DNA from: Spirochaetia bacterium | GTDB lineage: Bacteria > Spirochaetota > Spirochaetia > DSM-2461 | Assembly (NCBI GenBank): GCA_963668315.1 | Contig: OY764216.1 | Location: 896,001-960,000 of the forward strand | Length of the DNA: 64,000 bases | Reading direction: 5' to 3' | Part shown: positions 18,200-27,811 of the stretch, in pieces | Numbering within the stretch: the stretch's first letter is position 1 | Layout: each line of letters starts with the position of its first letter | The notes under the pieces: model-generated | The model's input: only the letters and a program-made list of their open reading frames with translations | Told to the model about the DNA's origin: nothing | Databases searched by the model: none | Position numbers and translations under genes: made by a program

Positions 18200-19693
18200 A
18201 TGGCTAAGAAAGAGAAAACGGCAATCACCCCCACCAGGGCGGAAGACTATCCCGAGTGGTATCAGCAGGTCGTCAGGGCGGCCGATATGGCGGAGCCTTC
18301 CGCTGTCAGAGGGTGTATGGTCATTAAGCCATGGGGCTATGCCATATGGGAGAACATCCAGAAGAACCTGGACCGCATGTTCAAGGAAACGGGCCACGTG
18401 AACGCCTACTTTCCCCTTTTCATTCCCAAGAGTTTCCTGGAGAAGGAAGCGGAGCATGTGGAGGGATTCGCCAAGGAGTGCGCCGTCGTTACCCATCACC
18501 GGCTGGAAGAGGGACCCGACGGCGGTCTGATTCCCGCGGGCGAACTGGACGAGCCCCTTATCGTGCGGCCCACGTCTGAGACCATTATCGGTGCCACCTT
18601 CGCCAAATGGGTGCAGTCCTACCGGGATTTGCCCCTGCTGATCAACCAGTGGGCCAACGTGGTGCGCTGGGAGATGCGTACACGTCTTTTCCTGCGCACG
18701 TCGGAGTTTTTGTGGCAGGAGGGCCATACGGTTCACGCCACCAGCGAAGAGGCCGTTGAAGAGACGGAGAAGATGCTGAACGTTTACGCCGCCTTCGCCC
18801 GGGATTACATGGCCATGCCCGTACTGACCGGTATGAAGACGGAGAGCGAGAAGTTCCCCGGCGCCGAGAAGACTTACTGCATCGAAGCGATGATGCAGGA
18901 TATGAAGGCCCTGCAGGCCGGTACGAGCCACTTCCTGGGACAGAACTTCTCCAAGGCGTCGGATATCAAATATCTGGACGACAAGGGCGAGCTGCAGTAC
19001 GGCTGGACCACCAGCTGGGGAGTTTCCACCCGTCTGATCGGCGGTCTGATCATGACCCACTCCGACGATAACGGCCTGGTGCTTCCCCCCATGCTGGCGC
19101 CTACCCACATCGTGATTCTGCCCGTGCTGCATAAGGACGGGGATCACGGCGAGGTTCTGGAGTACTGCGAGAAACTGGCTTACGATCTGAAGCATACCTT
19201 CTACGGGGATGAACCGATCCGCGTGGAAGTGGATAAGCGGGACATCCGCGGCGGCGAGAAGAACTGGGGCTGGGTGAAGAAGGGCGTTCCCCTTCGCATC
19301 GAGGTCGGTCCCCGGGATATCGCCGAGAACAAGGTTTTCGGCGCCAGGCGCGATGAGGACGGCAAGTTCTCCCTGGACCGGGACGAGTTCGTGGCCAAGG
19401 CCGCGTCCATTCTGGAAGAGATACAGGCAGGGCTTCTGGCCCGGGCGACCGCTTTGAGAGACGAGAATACCTTTGAAGTCGATTCGGAAGAGGCTTTTTA
19501 CGACTTTTTCAAGAATAAAGCCGGTTTCGTGAAGGCCCACTGGAACGGGGACCCCAAGATCGAAGAGAAGATCAAGGACGACCTGAATGTGACGATCCGG
19601 TGCATTCCCCTGGACGATACGGACGGAGAAGGGGTTTGTATCTTCTCCGGAGAGAAGAGCGCCCAGAAGGTTATCTTCGGTAAATCCTACTAG
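18200..19693 (+). CDS. proS: Prolyl-tRNA synthetase (archaeal/eukaryote-like type)
   Basis: [38 protein letters not shown] and terminal RCIP...KSY; no INS editing insertion. Confidence 0.97.
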   Translation: MAKKEKTAITPTRAEDYPEWYQQVVRAADMAEPSAVRGCMVIKPWGYAIWENIQKNLDRMFKETGHVNAYFPLFIPKSFLEKEAEHVEGFAKECAVVTHHRLEEGPDGGLIPAGELDEPLIVRPTSETIIGATFAKWVQSYRDLPLLINQWANVVRWEMRTRLFLRTSEFLWQEGHTVHATSEEAVEETEKMLNVYAAFARDYMAMPVLTGMKTESEKFPGAEKTYCIEAMMQDMKALQAGTSHFLGQNFSKASDIKYLDDKGELQYGWTTSWGVSTRLIGGLIMTHSDDNGLVLPPMLAPTHIVILPVLHKDGDHGEVLEYCEKLAYDLKHTFYGDEPIRVEVDKRDIRGGEKNWGWVKKGVPLRIEVGPRDIAENKVFGARRDEDGKFSLDRDEFVAKAASILEEIQAGLLARATALRDENTFEVDSEEAFYDFFKNKAGFVKAHWNGDPKIEEKIKDDLNVTIRCIPLDDTDGEGVCIFSGEKSAQKVIFGKSY

Positions 19694-19717
19694 GCGTCAG
19701 ATTCTCGATTATTGAGG

Positions 19718-19745
19718 AAGGGGCCCCCCGGGGGCCTCTTTTTTT
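19718..19745 (+). terminator. Rho-independent terminator of proS
   Basis: AAGGGGCCCC-CCG-GGGGCCTCTT followed by a T-run. Confidence 0.8.
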
Positions 19746-19753
19746 GTTCCCGG

Positions 19754-21679
19754 TTATCTGAGAAAGCGCCCGGCCTCTTTGCTGTCCACCGGCTTGCTGA
19801 AGTAGTAACCCTGGATGTATTCGCAGCCCATGGTTTTGACAAGGTTCAGCTGCTCCGCCGTCTCGATGCCCTCGGCTACGACTTCCATGTTCAGGCTGTG
19901 GGCCAGATTGATGATGGTGTAGACGATATTCTCCTTCTTTCCGGAGAGCTTGTTGATGAAGGAACGGTCGATTTTCAGGATATCGATGGGGAGGGAGTGG
20001 AGATAGCTGAGTGAAGAGTAGCCCGTTCCGAAATCGTCTATGAGAATCTGGCAGCCCAGTTCCCTCAGCCGGGAAAGCTGATCTCCCGTCTCCTGGTACT
20101 TCTCTACAATAAGGCTTTCGGTCAGCTCAAATTTCAGATAAACCGGGTCGATCCGGTTCTTTTCTATGATCTCCCTGATTTTCTCGATGAAGTCGGGAGC
20201 TTCAAACTGCCTGTTAGACAGATTGATGCTTACGGTGAACTTCCGTCCCGGATGGGCGGTCTGCCACTCTTTGATCTGCCGGCAGACCTGGTCTATCACA
20301 TCGTAGCCGATAGGTATGATCAGCCCCGTTTCTTCGGCGATAGGGATGAAGTCGGCGGGGGATACCATTTTCCCGCGGGAATCTTTCCAGCGGATCAGGG
20401 CTTCGTATCCTGCGGTGATCTGTGTCTGCGTGTTGATGATGGGCTGGTACAGGATGATGAACTCTCTGTTCTCCACCCCCTTTCGCAGGCGGGATTCCAG
20501 TTCCAGCTTGGACTTTATGCTGTTCAGCATGGTGCTGTCGTAGAATTCATAGCTGAACCCGGAGCGCTTCTTCGCCCGGTACATGGCGATATCGGCATTC
20601 CCGATGATGATATCCGGATTGGTTTCGTCATGGTTTCCCATGACGATTCCCAGGCTGGCAGAGACATGGACGACTTCGTTCTCCAGGAGGACCGGCTCTT
20701 TCAAATCTTCCCTCAGGCGGTCAAGGATATGGATAATTTCCTCTATGCTGCATATATCTTCCAAAAGGATGACGAATTCATCTCCTCCCAGGCGGGTGAC
20801 CGTATCCTGTTCGCGCAGGGAATCCTTGAGCCTTTTTCCCACCTCTATGAGAAGCTTGTCTCCCACGTTATGACCCAGGGTGTCGTTTATCGTCTTGAAC
20901 CGGTCCAGATCCATGAACATGACCGCAAATCCCAGGTCCTCATGCCTTTTGTAGTAGTGGATGAGGTGATCAATTCTGTCGCGCATTACCGCCCGGTTCG
21001 GCAGTTTTGTCAGGACGTCGTGGGTGGCGTTATATATCAGCTTTTCTTCCATTTCTGTTTTGATGGTAAGCTCATTTTCCAGTCTGGCGTTTATTTCCAG
21101 TATCTCATCCACCCTTCTTCGTTCGATCCTCTTCTCATAGGAGGAGAATATGATAAGGGCCAGGGGAAGAATTGTATTGAATATCAGGGGCAGGATAATC
21201 TTTTCTATGGTGACATCGGAAAGATACAGGGGAAAGGACAGGATAATGAGGATGTTCAGGAAAAAGAAAATCAGCAGCTGGCGAAAGGAGAGAAGGGAAG
21301 TGGCGAATATGATATTCAGCGTATTCCAGATGAGAAGAAGCAGTATCGTATACGCGTCCCTTTCCGTGCTGAAAAGGAGTTCGAAAATAGGCAGCAGGGC
21401 GAATGCCGCGATGACCAGAAGGGCCGCCGTCTTATAGTAACGGGTGCGGGAGATCAGATAGGAGATAAAGAACACCCCTTCTGCTGCCAGAAGAACAAGG
21501 CCGACCTTTGGGTTGGGGCTGAAAAAGCCCATGTAGAAGACACCGGAATTAACGGCGACAGTCAGGAAAAGAGAGAGCTGAATTGTCAGGGAGGCTTTAT
21601 GGATTTTCAGTGTGTCCGTTATAGCGGGAGAGGGCTTTATGAATAGGTTATATAACACTCCGGCAAGATTTCTAAGCAT
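19754..21679 (-). CDS. Membrane-bound GGDEF-EAL protein
   Basis: N-terminal TMs; RLGGDEF with REQD I-site; YEALIRW, DDFGTGYSS and AEGIE are intact. Confidence 0.93.
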   Translation of the reverse strand: MLRNLAGVLYNLFIKPSPAITDTLKIHKASLTIQLSLFLTVAVNSGVFYMGFFSPNPKVGLVLLAAEGVFFISYLISRTRYYKTAALLVIAAFALLPIFELLFSTERDAYTILLLLIWNTLNIIFATSLLSFRQLLIFFFLNILIILSFPLYLSDVTIEKIILPLIFNTILPLALIIFSSYEKRIERRRVDEILEINARLENELTIKTEMEEKLIYNATHDVLTKLPNRAVMRDRIDHLIHYYKRHEDLGFAVMFMDLDRFKTINDTLGHNVGDKLLIEVGKRLKDSLREQDTVTRLGGDEFVILLEDICSIEEIIHILDRLREDLKEPVLLENEVVHVSASLGIVMGNHDETNPDIIIGNADIAMYRAKKRSGFSYEFYDSTMLNSIKSKLELESRLRKGVENREFIILYQPIINTQTQITAGYEALIRWKDSRGKMVSPADFIPIAEETGLIIPIGYDVIDQVCRQIKEWQTAHPGRKFTVSINLSNRQFEAPDFIEKIREIIEKNRIDPVYLKFELTESLIVEKYQETGDQLSRLRELGCQILIDDFGTGYSSLSYLHSLPIDILKIDRSFINKLSGKKENIVYTIINLAHSLNMEVVAEGIETAEQLNLVKTMGCEYIQGYYFSKPVDSKEAGRFLR

Positions 21680-21762
21680 TGTATTTCCATTATTAATATT
21701 TTGAACTAATAATAATTTTATGCTCAGATAGCGGGGAAATCAAGGGAAAAGAATCGAGAGGG

Positions 21763-22251
21763 TCAGATTTCTTCGAATATGCCCTTTTCTTTGTTTTTCC
21801 GGACTTTCCCGGCGCTGAAGAGCCGGCCGTTCATGGCGATATACACGCCGGGGGAGGTCATCTGAACGGCGGTGAAGGCCGATCCGAAATTGAAAAGGGC
21901 ATCGGATTTGCTTATGGAATAGGGTATCATGGCACCGGTGAGTACAATCGTCTTGCCCGGTATTTCCCTGGCCAGAAGTTCGGCTGTCAGGGTCATCGTA
22001 TCGGTGCCGTGAATGATTATGATCCTGTCTTCCGGACATTCTCGGCAGGAGTCCACGATCCTGAGCCGGTCGTCCTCTCCCATATCCAGGCTGTCCTTCA
22101 ACTGATTTATCTCCAGCTCCACCGGCAGGGTACAGCGGCTGTAGGTTAGTATTTCCTGCAGATGGGAGTCCTTGAAAGTAAGGGCTCCCGCCAGTTCGTC
22201 GTAGTGTTTGTCAAAGGTTCCGCCGGTAATGATAATCCGGATCTTGCTCAT
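21763..22251 (-). CDS. Short asparaginase-domain protein
   Basis: TGGTFDK, HGTDTM, VLTGAM and SDALFN; N-terminal domain only. Confidence 0.88.
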   Translation of the reverse strand: MSKIRIIITGGTFDKHYDELAGALTFKDSHLQEILTYSRCTLPVELEINQLKDSLDMGEDDRLRIVDSCRECPEDRIIIIHGTDTMTLTAELLAREIPGKTIVLTGAMIPYSISKSDALFNFGSAFTAVQMTSPGVYIAMNGRLFSAGKVRKNKEKGIFEEI

Positions 22252-22319
22252 GATTATTCCCTGCTAAAGATTTTTCCTCTTTTTATCATATTTTCCGGGT
22301 GAATGCAAAGGCCGCAGAT

Positions 22320-22814
22320 CTAGTACCAGCTGTATTTGTTGTATTCTCCCATTTCGTCGCCGAGGCCGAACATATAGCGTGTCTGATTGACGGCGTTGTC
22401 GCGGGCCAGTTCTTCGTTTTTGACTTTATTCTTAAGGCCCCAGGTTCCCCGGCAATAGGCAACTTCGGAATGGCTCTGGGAGTCGGAATAGAAGATGTTC
22501 ACAACCGTTTCGAGGGAGCCTTCTTCCATATCGTACTCGGCGAGGAGCACTTTCTGCCGGGCCACTTCGGGGAGGGTGGACACTTCTTCCTGCGCCAGAA
22601 CTTCCAGTCCCGCATCGGCATATACCGCGGCCAGTTCCTTCTCAAAGGCGGTGTTTTTTTCGGTCCCGTCTGAAAGGGGAGCAATGGTAATATAGCCGTA
22701 CTGGGACAGCTCTTCCGGTGTAGAAATCTCGTATGCACTTTTCGTGATACATCCGCTGAAAACGAGGGTACTTGCTAAAAGTACCAGGACTTGTATTTGT
22801 ATTTTGTTTTTCAT
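22320..22814 (-). CDS. Hypothetical lipoprotein
   Basis: MKNK + hydrophobic stretch + VFSGC lipobox; promoter TTGCCT-17-TATCTT directly upstream. Confidence 0.65.
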   Translation of the reverse strand: MKNKIQIQVLVLLASTLVFSGCITKSAYEISTPEELSQYGYITIAPLSDGTEKNTAFEKELAAVYADAGLEVLAQEEVSTLPEVARQKVLLAEYDMEEGSLETVVNIFYSDSQSHSEVAYCRGTWGLKNKVKNEELARDNAVNQTRYMFGLGDEMGEYNKYSWY

Positions 22815-22893
22815 ATTAGGGAAGATACACAATATTCCGGGAAAAGGCAAACATAAAGTGTAGAAAATACACACAATGTGCAATTAATTGCCG

Positions 22894-22920
22894 AAAAAAA
22901 CCTTTCCCCCGGGGGAAAGG
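22894..22920 (-). terminator. Rho-independent terminator of pyk
   Basis: CCTTTCCCCCGGGGGAAAGG palindrome followed by T7 on the minus strand. Confidence 0.8.
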
Positions 22921-22938
22921 CTCGGAAAACAGGGAAAA

Positions 22939-24354
22939 TTACTCCCGGCCGCCCAGAAAGTGAGCTGCTTCGCCCACTTCAAGGAAATTTGTGACATAGG
23001 AGTTTTTCGGGGAGGAGCCGACCATCATGATAAGGTCGGTGCTGCGGATGGCCTCTTCCTTGAGAAGGACTTCTACGGAGGCCGAAACCATTTCGTCCAG
23101 CGTATCCTTCTGCTCAAGGGTGTAGGCTTCCACGCCGAAACTCAGGGCCAGCTGTCTCACTACCGTGGGGCTGGGGGACAGGGCCAGTACGGGGATGGTA
23201 CCCCTGAAGGCCGAAATGAGTCTTGCCGAACGTCCCGTGTCGGTCTGGATGACGATGGCCTGGGTATGAAGTTTCTTCGCCATTTTTACGGCGGATTTGA
23301 TCATCTGAAAACGGACGGGGTGCATTTTGACTACCTTGCCCTTTTTCTGCCTGGTTTTGATGTTGTTTTCCATCTGTCTGACAATGGCTGCCATGGTCTG
23401 GACGGCTTCAAGGGCGTAATCGCCATAGGCTGTCTCGCCCGAAAGCATTACCGCGTCCGTTCCGTCCATGACCGCATTGGCCACGTCGCTGACTTCGGCT
23501 CTGGTGGGCCTGGGGTTGTGGATCATGGTGTGGAGCATCTGGGTGGCCGTAATAACGACCCGGCGCCTCTGAACGCACTTTCTGATCATCTCCTTCTGCA
23601 CGATGGGGACATCTTCGGCGGGAAGCTCGATCCCCAGGTCTCCCCGGGCCACCATGACGCCGTGGCAGTGATCAAGAATCTCGTCGAGGTTGTCGATTCC
23701 TTCCTTGTTCTCTATTTTGGCAATGATCTTGATGGGGCTGTCGTACTTATCCAGTATTTTCTGGACGGCCATGAGATCTTCCTTGTTCCTTACGAAGGAG
23801 TGGGCGATAAAATCGATTCCCTTGCGGGCGGCAAAATGTATGTACTGCTCGTCTTTCTCGGAAAGGGAGGGAAGGGAGATGGGCATATTGGGGACATTGA
23901 CGCTTTTTTTGTTCTTGATTTCCCCGTCGTTATTTACGATACAGCGAAGCCGGTGGTCCTTCTTGTCTATGATGACCATGGAAATTTCCCCGTCGTCTAT
24001 GAGGATTTCCGTTCCCCGTTTCATGTCGTCGCAGAATCGGTCGTAGGATACGGAGAAATGGGGCTCTTCCATCGTTTCGCCCCGGGGGATCACATAAATC
24101 TCATCCCCTTCCTTTATCTGCAGGGGGGATTCCAGATCAATAGTTCTGATTTCCGGTCCCTTGGTATCGATCAGTATAGCCGCTTTCTCCGAAACCTCTC
24201 TGATTCTGTCAATCATACCTTCCGTTTCGTCAGGCGTCTGGTGAGCCGTATTCAAACGGAACGTTCCCGCTCCGGCCCTGTAGAGGCTGCGGATGAATTC
24301 CACATCATTCTGTCTTCCGATAGTCGCGACGATTTTCGTCCTGGTCTTATTCAT
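22939..24354 (-). CDS. pyk: Pyruvate kinase
   Basis: TKIVATIG, DTKGPEIR, AKIEN, MVARGDLG, ATQML and MLSGETA. Confidence 0.97.
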   Translation of the reverse strand: MNKTRTKIVATIGRQNDVEFIRSLYRAGAGTFRLNTAHQTPDETEGMIDRIREVSEKAAILIDTKGPEIRTIDLESPLQIKEGDEIYVIPRGETMEEPHFSVSYDRFCDDMKRGTEILIDDGEISMVIIDKKDHRLRCIVNNDGEIKNKKSVNVPNMPISLPSLSEKDEQYIHFAARKGIDFIAHSFVRNKEDLMAVQKILDKYDSPIKIIAKIENKEGIDNLDEILDHCHGVMVARGDLGIELPAEDVPIVQKEMIRKCVQRRRVVITATQMLHTMIHNPRPTRAEVSDVANAVMDGTDAVMLSGETAYGDYALEAVQTMAAIVRQMENNIKTRQKKGKVVKMHPVRFQMIKSAVKMAKKLHTQAIVIQTDTGRSARLISAFRGTIPVLALSPSPTVVRQLALSFGVEAYTLEQKDTLDEMVSASVEVLLKEEAIRSTDLIMMVGSSPKNSYVTNFLEVGEAAHFLGGRE

Positions 24355-24504
24355 TTCTATCCTTGTCAATTATTTTTTTTATTTCTTTAAGGATAATCGG
24401 CCACAGTGAAAAATGCAAGAATCCCGGAGCATTGTTGGTCATCATTTCCCTAAGAATTGCTCTTTACAAGGGTTCCTACGGACTGATCCTGCTGGTATAA
24501 TGGC

Positions 24505-25479
24505 ATGGTTATGATAGTTGAGAATAATGAGGACAATATACGCCGCGGCGCGGATATAATAAAACAGGGCGGCCTTGTCGCTTTTCCGACCGAAACGGTC
24601 TACGGCCTGGGGGGGAATTCTCTGGATCCCCGATCGGTGGCAAAAATCTTCGAAGCGAAGAAACGGCCCAGTTTTGATCCCCTCATTACCCATATCGCCG
24701 ATCTGGAGACTCTGGAGAAAATCGCCCGGATTACCGACAGGAAGATCTTCCGTGTGATTGAGGAGCTCTGGCCCGGCGCATTGACCCTTATTGTCCCCAA
24801 GGGGGATATCATTCCCGAGCTCGTCACTTCCGGCCTGGATACCATGGCGGTGCGCATGCCCGATCATCCCACCGCCCTTGAACTGATACGCCTTTCCACG
24901 GGAGCCGTGGCCGCTCCCAGCGCCAATCCCTTCGGATATCTGAGCCCCACCACGGCGCAGCATGTGGAGGACGGCCTGGGCGACAGGATCGATATGGTCA
25001 TAGACGGAGGTACCTGCCGAGTCGGTGTGGAATCCACCGTACTGGACATGACGCGCGACGTTCCCACCGTTTTGCGTCCCGGCGGGATAGGCGTGGAAAC
25101 GCTTCGGGAAGTCCTGGGCGATGTGGAGGTGCTGGACCGCACCAGCAAGACCCCCAAGGCGCCGGGCCAGCTTCCCATGCACTATTCGCCCCGCAAGCCG
25201 CTCCATATTGTCGCGTCCGCCGAAGAGGCCCTGGCCGCGGCCGGTCCGGGGAGGAGCGCCGGATTCCTTTCCTTCAACGGGCAGGGGGATCTGAACCGCT
25301 TCGCCGCCGTGGAAGTCCTGTCTCCCCGGGGGGATACCCTGGAAGCGGCGTCCCGTCTGTTCGTCGCCCTTCACAGGCTGGATGAATCCGGTGTCGATGT
25401 GATCTTTGCCGAGGAAGTGCCCCGGGAGGGAGTAGGCGCCGCCGTTATGGACAGGATTTACAAAGCTTCTGAGAAATAG
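24505..25479 (+). CDS. sua5: L-threonylcarbamoyladenylate synthase, Sua5 type
   Basis: FPTETVYGLG, KKRP, PSAN, GVESTV, and APGQLPMHYSP linker with a C-terminal SUA5 domain. Start may be 24511. Confidence 0.95.
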   Translation: MVMIVENNEDNIRRGADIIKQGGLVAFPTETVYGLGGNSLDPRSVAKIFEAKKRPSFDPLITHIADLETLEKIARITDRKIFRVIEELWPGALTLIVPKGDIIPELVTSGLDTMAVRMPDHPTALELIRLSTGAVAAPSANPFGYLSPTTAQHVEDGLGDRIDMVIDGGTCRVGVESTVLDMTRDVPTVLRPGGIGVETLREVLGDVEVLDRTSKTPKAPGQLPMHYSPRKPLHIVASAEEALAAAGPGRSAGFLSFNGQGDLNRFAAVEVLSPRGDTLEAASRLFVALHRLDESGVDVIFAEEVPREGVGAAVMDRIYKASEK

Positions 25480-25481
25480 AA

Positions 25482-27605
25482 TCAGCTGTCCAGGGTCTCC
25501 CTGACGGTCCGGGCGAGCTTTTTCTGGGACAGGGGCTTGATAAGGATATTTTTCACCCCCATTTTTTCCGCCTCCTGAGACTTGAGAACGGAGCTGTATC
25601 CCGTGGCGATGATGATGGGAAAGTCCTTTCTTGTTTTCAGAATTTCCTCGGCAAGCATAATTCCGGATATGCCCGGCATGGACTGGTCGGTGATGAGGAG
25701 ATCGTAACGTTCCGGTTGGTTCAGAAGGGCCTCCCGGGCCATAAGCGCATCGGTATACATGCTTATTTCGTACCCGAGGGAGCTGAGCATGAATTTTTCC
25801 ATCTGGGCGATGGATTCTTCGTCGTCCAGAATCATAATGCGTTCCGTTCCCCCGGGCAGGTCTTCTTCCCGGGTGTCCTTCCTGTCGGGGGAGCCATCCC
25901 CCTCTTCCCCGCTGAGAGGAAGGAGAATCGTAAAAGTCGTGCCCTTGCCCACTTCGCTCTCAAAACTGATCTCTCCCTCGTGCTTCCTGATTATCCCGTG
26001 AACGACGGATAGGCCCAGGCCCGTTCCTTTGCCCCTCTCCTTTGTCGTAAAGAAAGGATCGAATATATAGGGGCGGTCCTTCTCGGCTATTCCTTTCCCG
26101 TTATCCCCGATCGAGAAGAGCAGATACTCTCCCGCCTTGAGTCCTCGACGGATTCCCTCCTCTTCGGACAGAACCGTTTTGTCCAGTGACAGGGTGATTT
26201 CTCCCTGTTCTTCGGGGAGGGCATGGAAGGCGTTTGTGGCCAGATTCAGAATAACCTGATGCAGCTGGTTGGAGTCGGCCCGGACGGAGAGTTTTTCACG
26301 GTAGTTGATGAAATTGATTTTTACTGTCTTAGGGATAGTCTGATTAAGCAAATTGGCCACTTCCCCGATAAGTGAGTCGATTTCCAGCCTCTCCATTTTA
26401 GAGGTGGTTTCCCGACTGAAAAGAAGGATCTGACGTATCAGCCCTGTCGCCCGGTCCGCCGCCTGGAGGATCTGATCGGCGAACTCTCTGACAGATTCCC
26501 CGTTATCTGCATTATTGCGGATGAGTTCGGCGAATCCCAGCACGGCGGCGAGGATATTGTTGAAGTCATGGGCCACCCCTCCCGCGAGGGTTCCCAGAGC
26601 CTCCATTTTCTGGGTCTGGTAGACAATCTTCTCCAGGCTGTCCTTCTCTTTCCGGGCCTGGAAGAGTTCTGTTATGTCCCTGATTATGCCGTGATAGCCG
26701 CTTCTCCGGCCGCTGCCGTCATAATCCAGGACGGCATTGATGGATACCCGGGCTATTTCTCCGTTCCTTTTGTAGAGGAAAACTTCGTAATCCTTCAGTA
26801 TTCCGTCCCTTTCCAGAGTTTCGTAGAGATTCCGCCTGTCCTCCTTGTCGACATACAGCTCGATTGTATGGGAATTGATGATGTTTTCCGGTTCGTAGCC
26901 CAGTACTGTTTTAACGGAGGGGGATATTTCCTTTATATATCCCTCCCTGTCTACGGAGTAGCTGATATCCAGCAGATTTTCGTAGAGGCTGCGGTATTTA
27001 TTCTCCGATTCCTTGAGTCTGGCCGCGGTGGTCAGCCGGTTTTCCTCGTGCTGCAGCAGAAACCCGACAAAGATAATCCCCGTATACAGGGCGGTCCCGT
27101 AGGGGATCGCCATTCTCTTGAGAAGGTTCCATCCGTTTGCCAGATCTCCGACAAAGAGAAATCCGGGCAGGATGATTATCACGGCGATGAGGCTTCCCAG
27201 GAAAAAGAAGGGGATGTGTCTCTCTCTCTTCCAGCGGCGCAGGAGCAGCCCGGCGGAAAGGGACAGCCCCATGCCGATGATTCCCGCGAGAACTCCGCTT
27301 CCTCCCAGAATCATTCTCATGATAATCCCGGCGGTCATGGTAATAAGGCCGGAGAGGGGGCCGGCGAAGAGGGTGCTCAGCACGATGATGCCGTTTCTCT
27401 GGTCGACCAGAACACCGGGAGCCACGGGGATACGGACGAGCATGCATACGAGGAGGGTTAGGGCAAAGAGAAGTCCGAGGGACAGGGATTTCCGGTAATG
27501 CCCCATATTTCTCGGTTTTATCAAGCCGTAGAGAAACATGAAAACAATGAATACAGCCAGGTTATTGAACATACCTACAAACAGACTGGTCCCCTCTATC
27601 ATCAA
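25482..27605 (-). CDS. Hybrid sensor histidine kinase (5TM-LYT, PAS, HisKA, HATPase, REC)
   Basis: GVLVDQRN 5TM motif, AHDFNN H-box, FDPFFTTK/GTGLGL, and receiver motifs DDE..TDQSMP..KP. Confidence 0.93.
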   Translation of the reverse strand: MMIEGTSLFVGMFNNLAVFIVFMFLYGLIKPRNMGHYRKSLSLGLLFALTLLVCMLVRIPVAPGVLVDQRNGIIVLSTLFAGPLSGLITMTAGIIMRMILGGSGVLAGIIGMGLSLSAGLLLRRWKRERHIPFFFLGSLIAVIIILPGFLFVGDLANGWNLLKRMAIPYGTALYTGIIFVGFLLQHEENRLTTAARLKESENKYRSLYENLLDISYSVDREGYIKEISPSVKTVLGYEPENIINSHTIELYVDKEDRRNLYETLERDGILKDYEVFLYKRNGEIARVSINAVLDYDGSGRRSGYHGIIRDITELFQARKEKDSLEKIVYQTQKMEALGTLAGGVAHDFNNILAAVLGFAELIRNNADNGESVREFADQILQAADRATGLIRQILLFSRETTSKMERLEIDSLIGEVANLLNQTIPKTVKINFINYREKLSVRADSNQLHQVILNLATNAFHALPEEQGEITLSLDKTVLSEEEGIRRGLKAGEYLLFSIGDNGKGIAEKDRPYIFDPFFTTKERGKGTGLGLSVVHGIIRKHEGEISFESEVGKGTTFTILLPLSGEEGDGSPDRKDTREEDLPGGTERIMILDDEESIAQMEKFMLSSLGYEISMYTDALMAREALLNQPERYDLLITDQSMPGISGIMLAEEILKTRKDFPIIIATGYSSVLKSQEAEKMGVKNILIKPLSQKKLARTVRETLDS

Positions 27606-27705
27606 ATGCAGTCCTCCCGGGCAGAAAGTCTCGAACTTTTCTTAATTATAAGTCAGTTTTCACCGGGATGAAAGGAAAACAGGGGAGATTGGGAGGAATA
27701 TACAT

Positions 27706-27786
27706 TTGACAGATCATGATATGCGATATATGATGTTATGAGTATCGTATATTATGATACATGAATGTGAATCACGTTACGTGATT
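27706..27786 (+). promoter_or_regulatory. Sigma70 promoter with three ATC-N9-GAT operator-like palindromes
   Basis: TTGACA(27706)-17-TATGAT(27729); palindromic sites start at 27713, 27744 and 27771. Confidence 0.7.
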
Positions 27787-27811
27787 TATTTATCAAAAAG
27801 GAGTTTACAAT

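Noticed and set aside
18200..19693. Archaeal/eukaryote-type ProRS as a sign of recent transfer
   Set aside because: This type is widespread in bacteria, including Borrelia, and the codon usage looks native.
21763..22251. Half-length asparaginase as a pseudogene
   Set aside because: Catalytic motifs, start and stop are intact, and stand-alone short forms are known.
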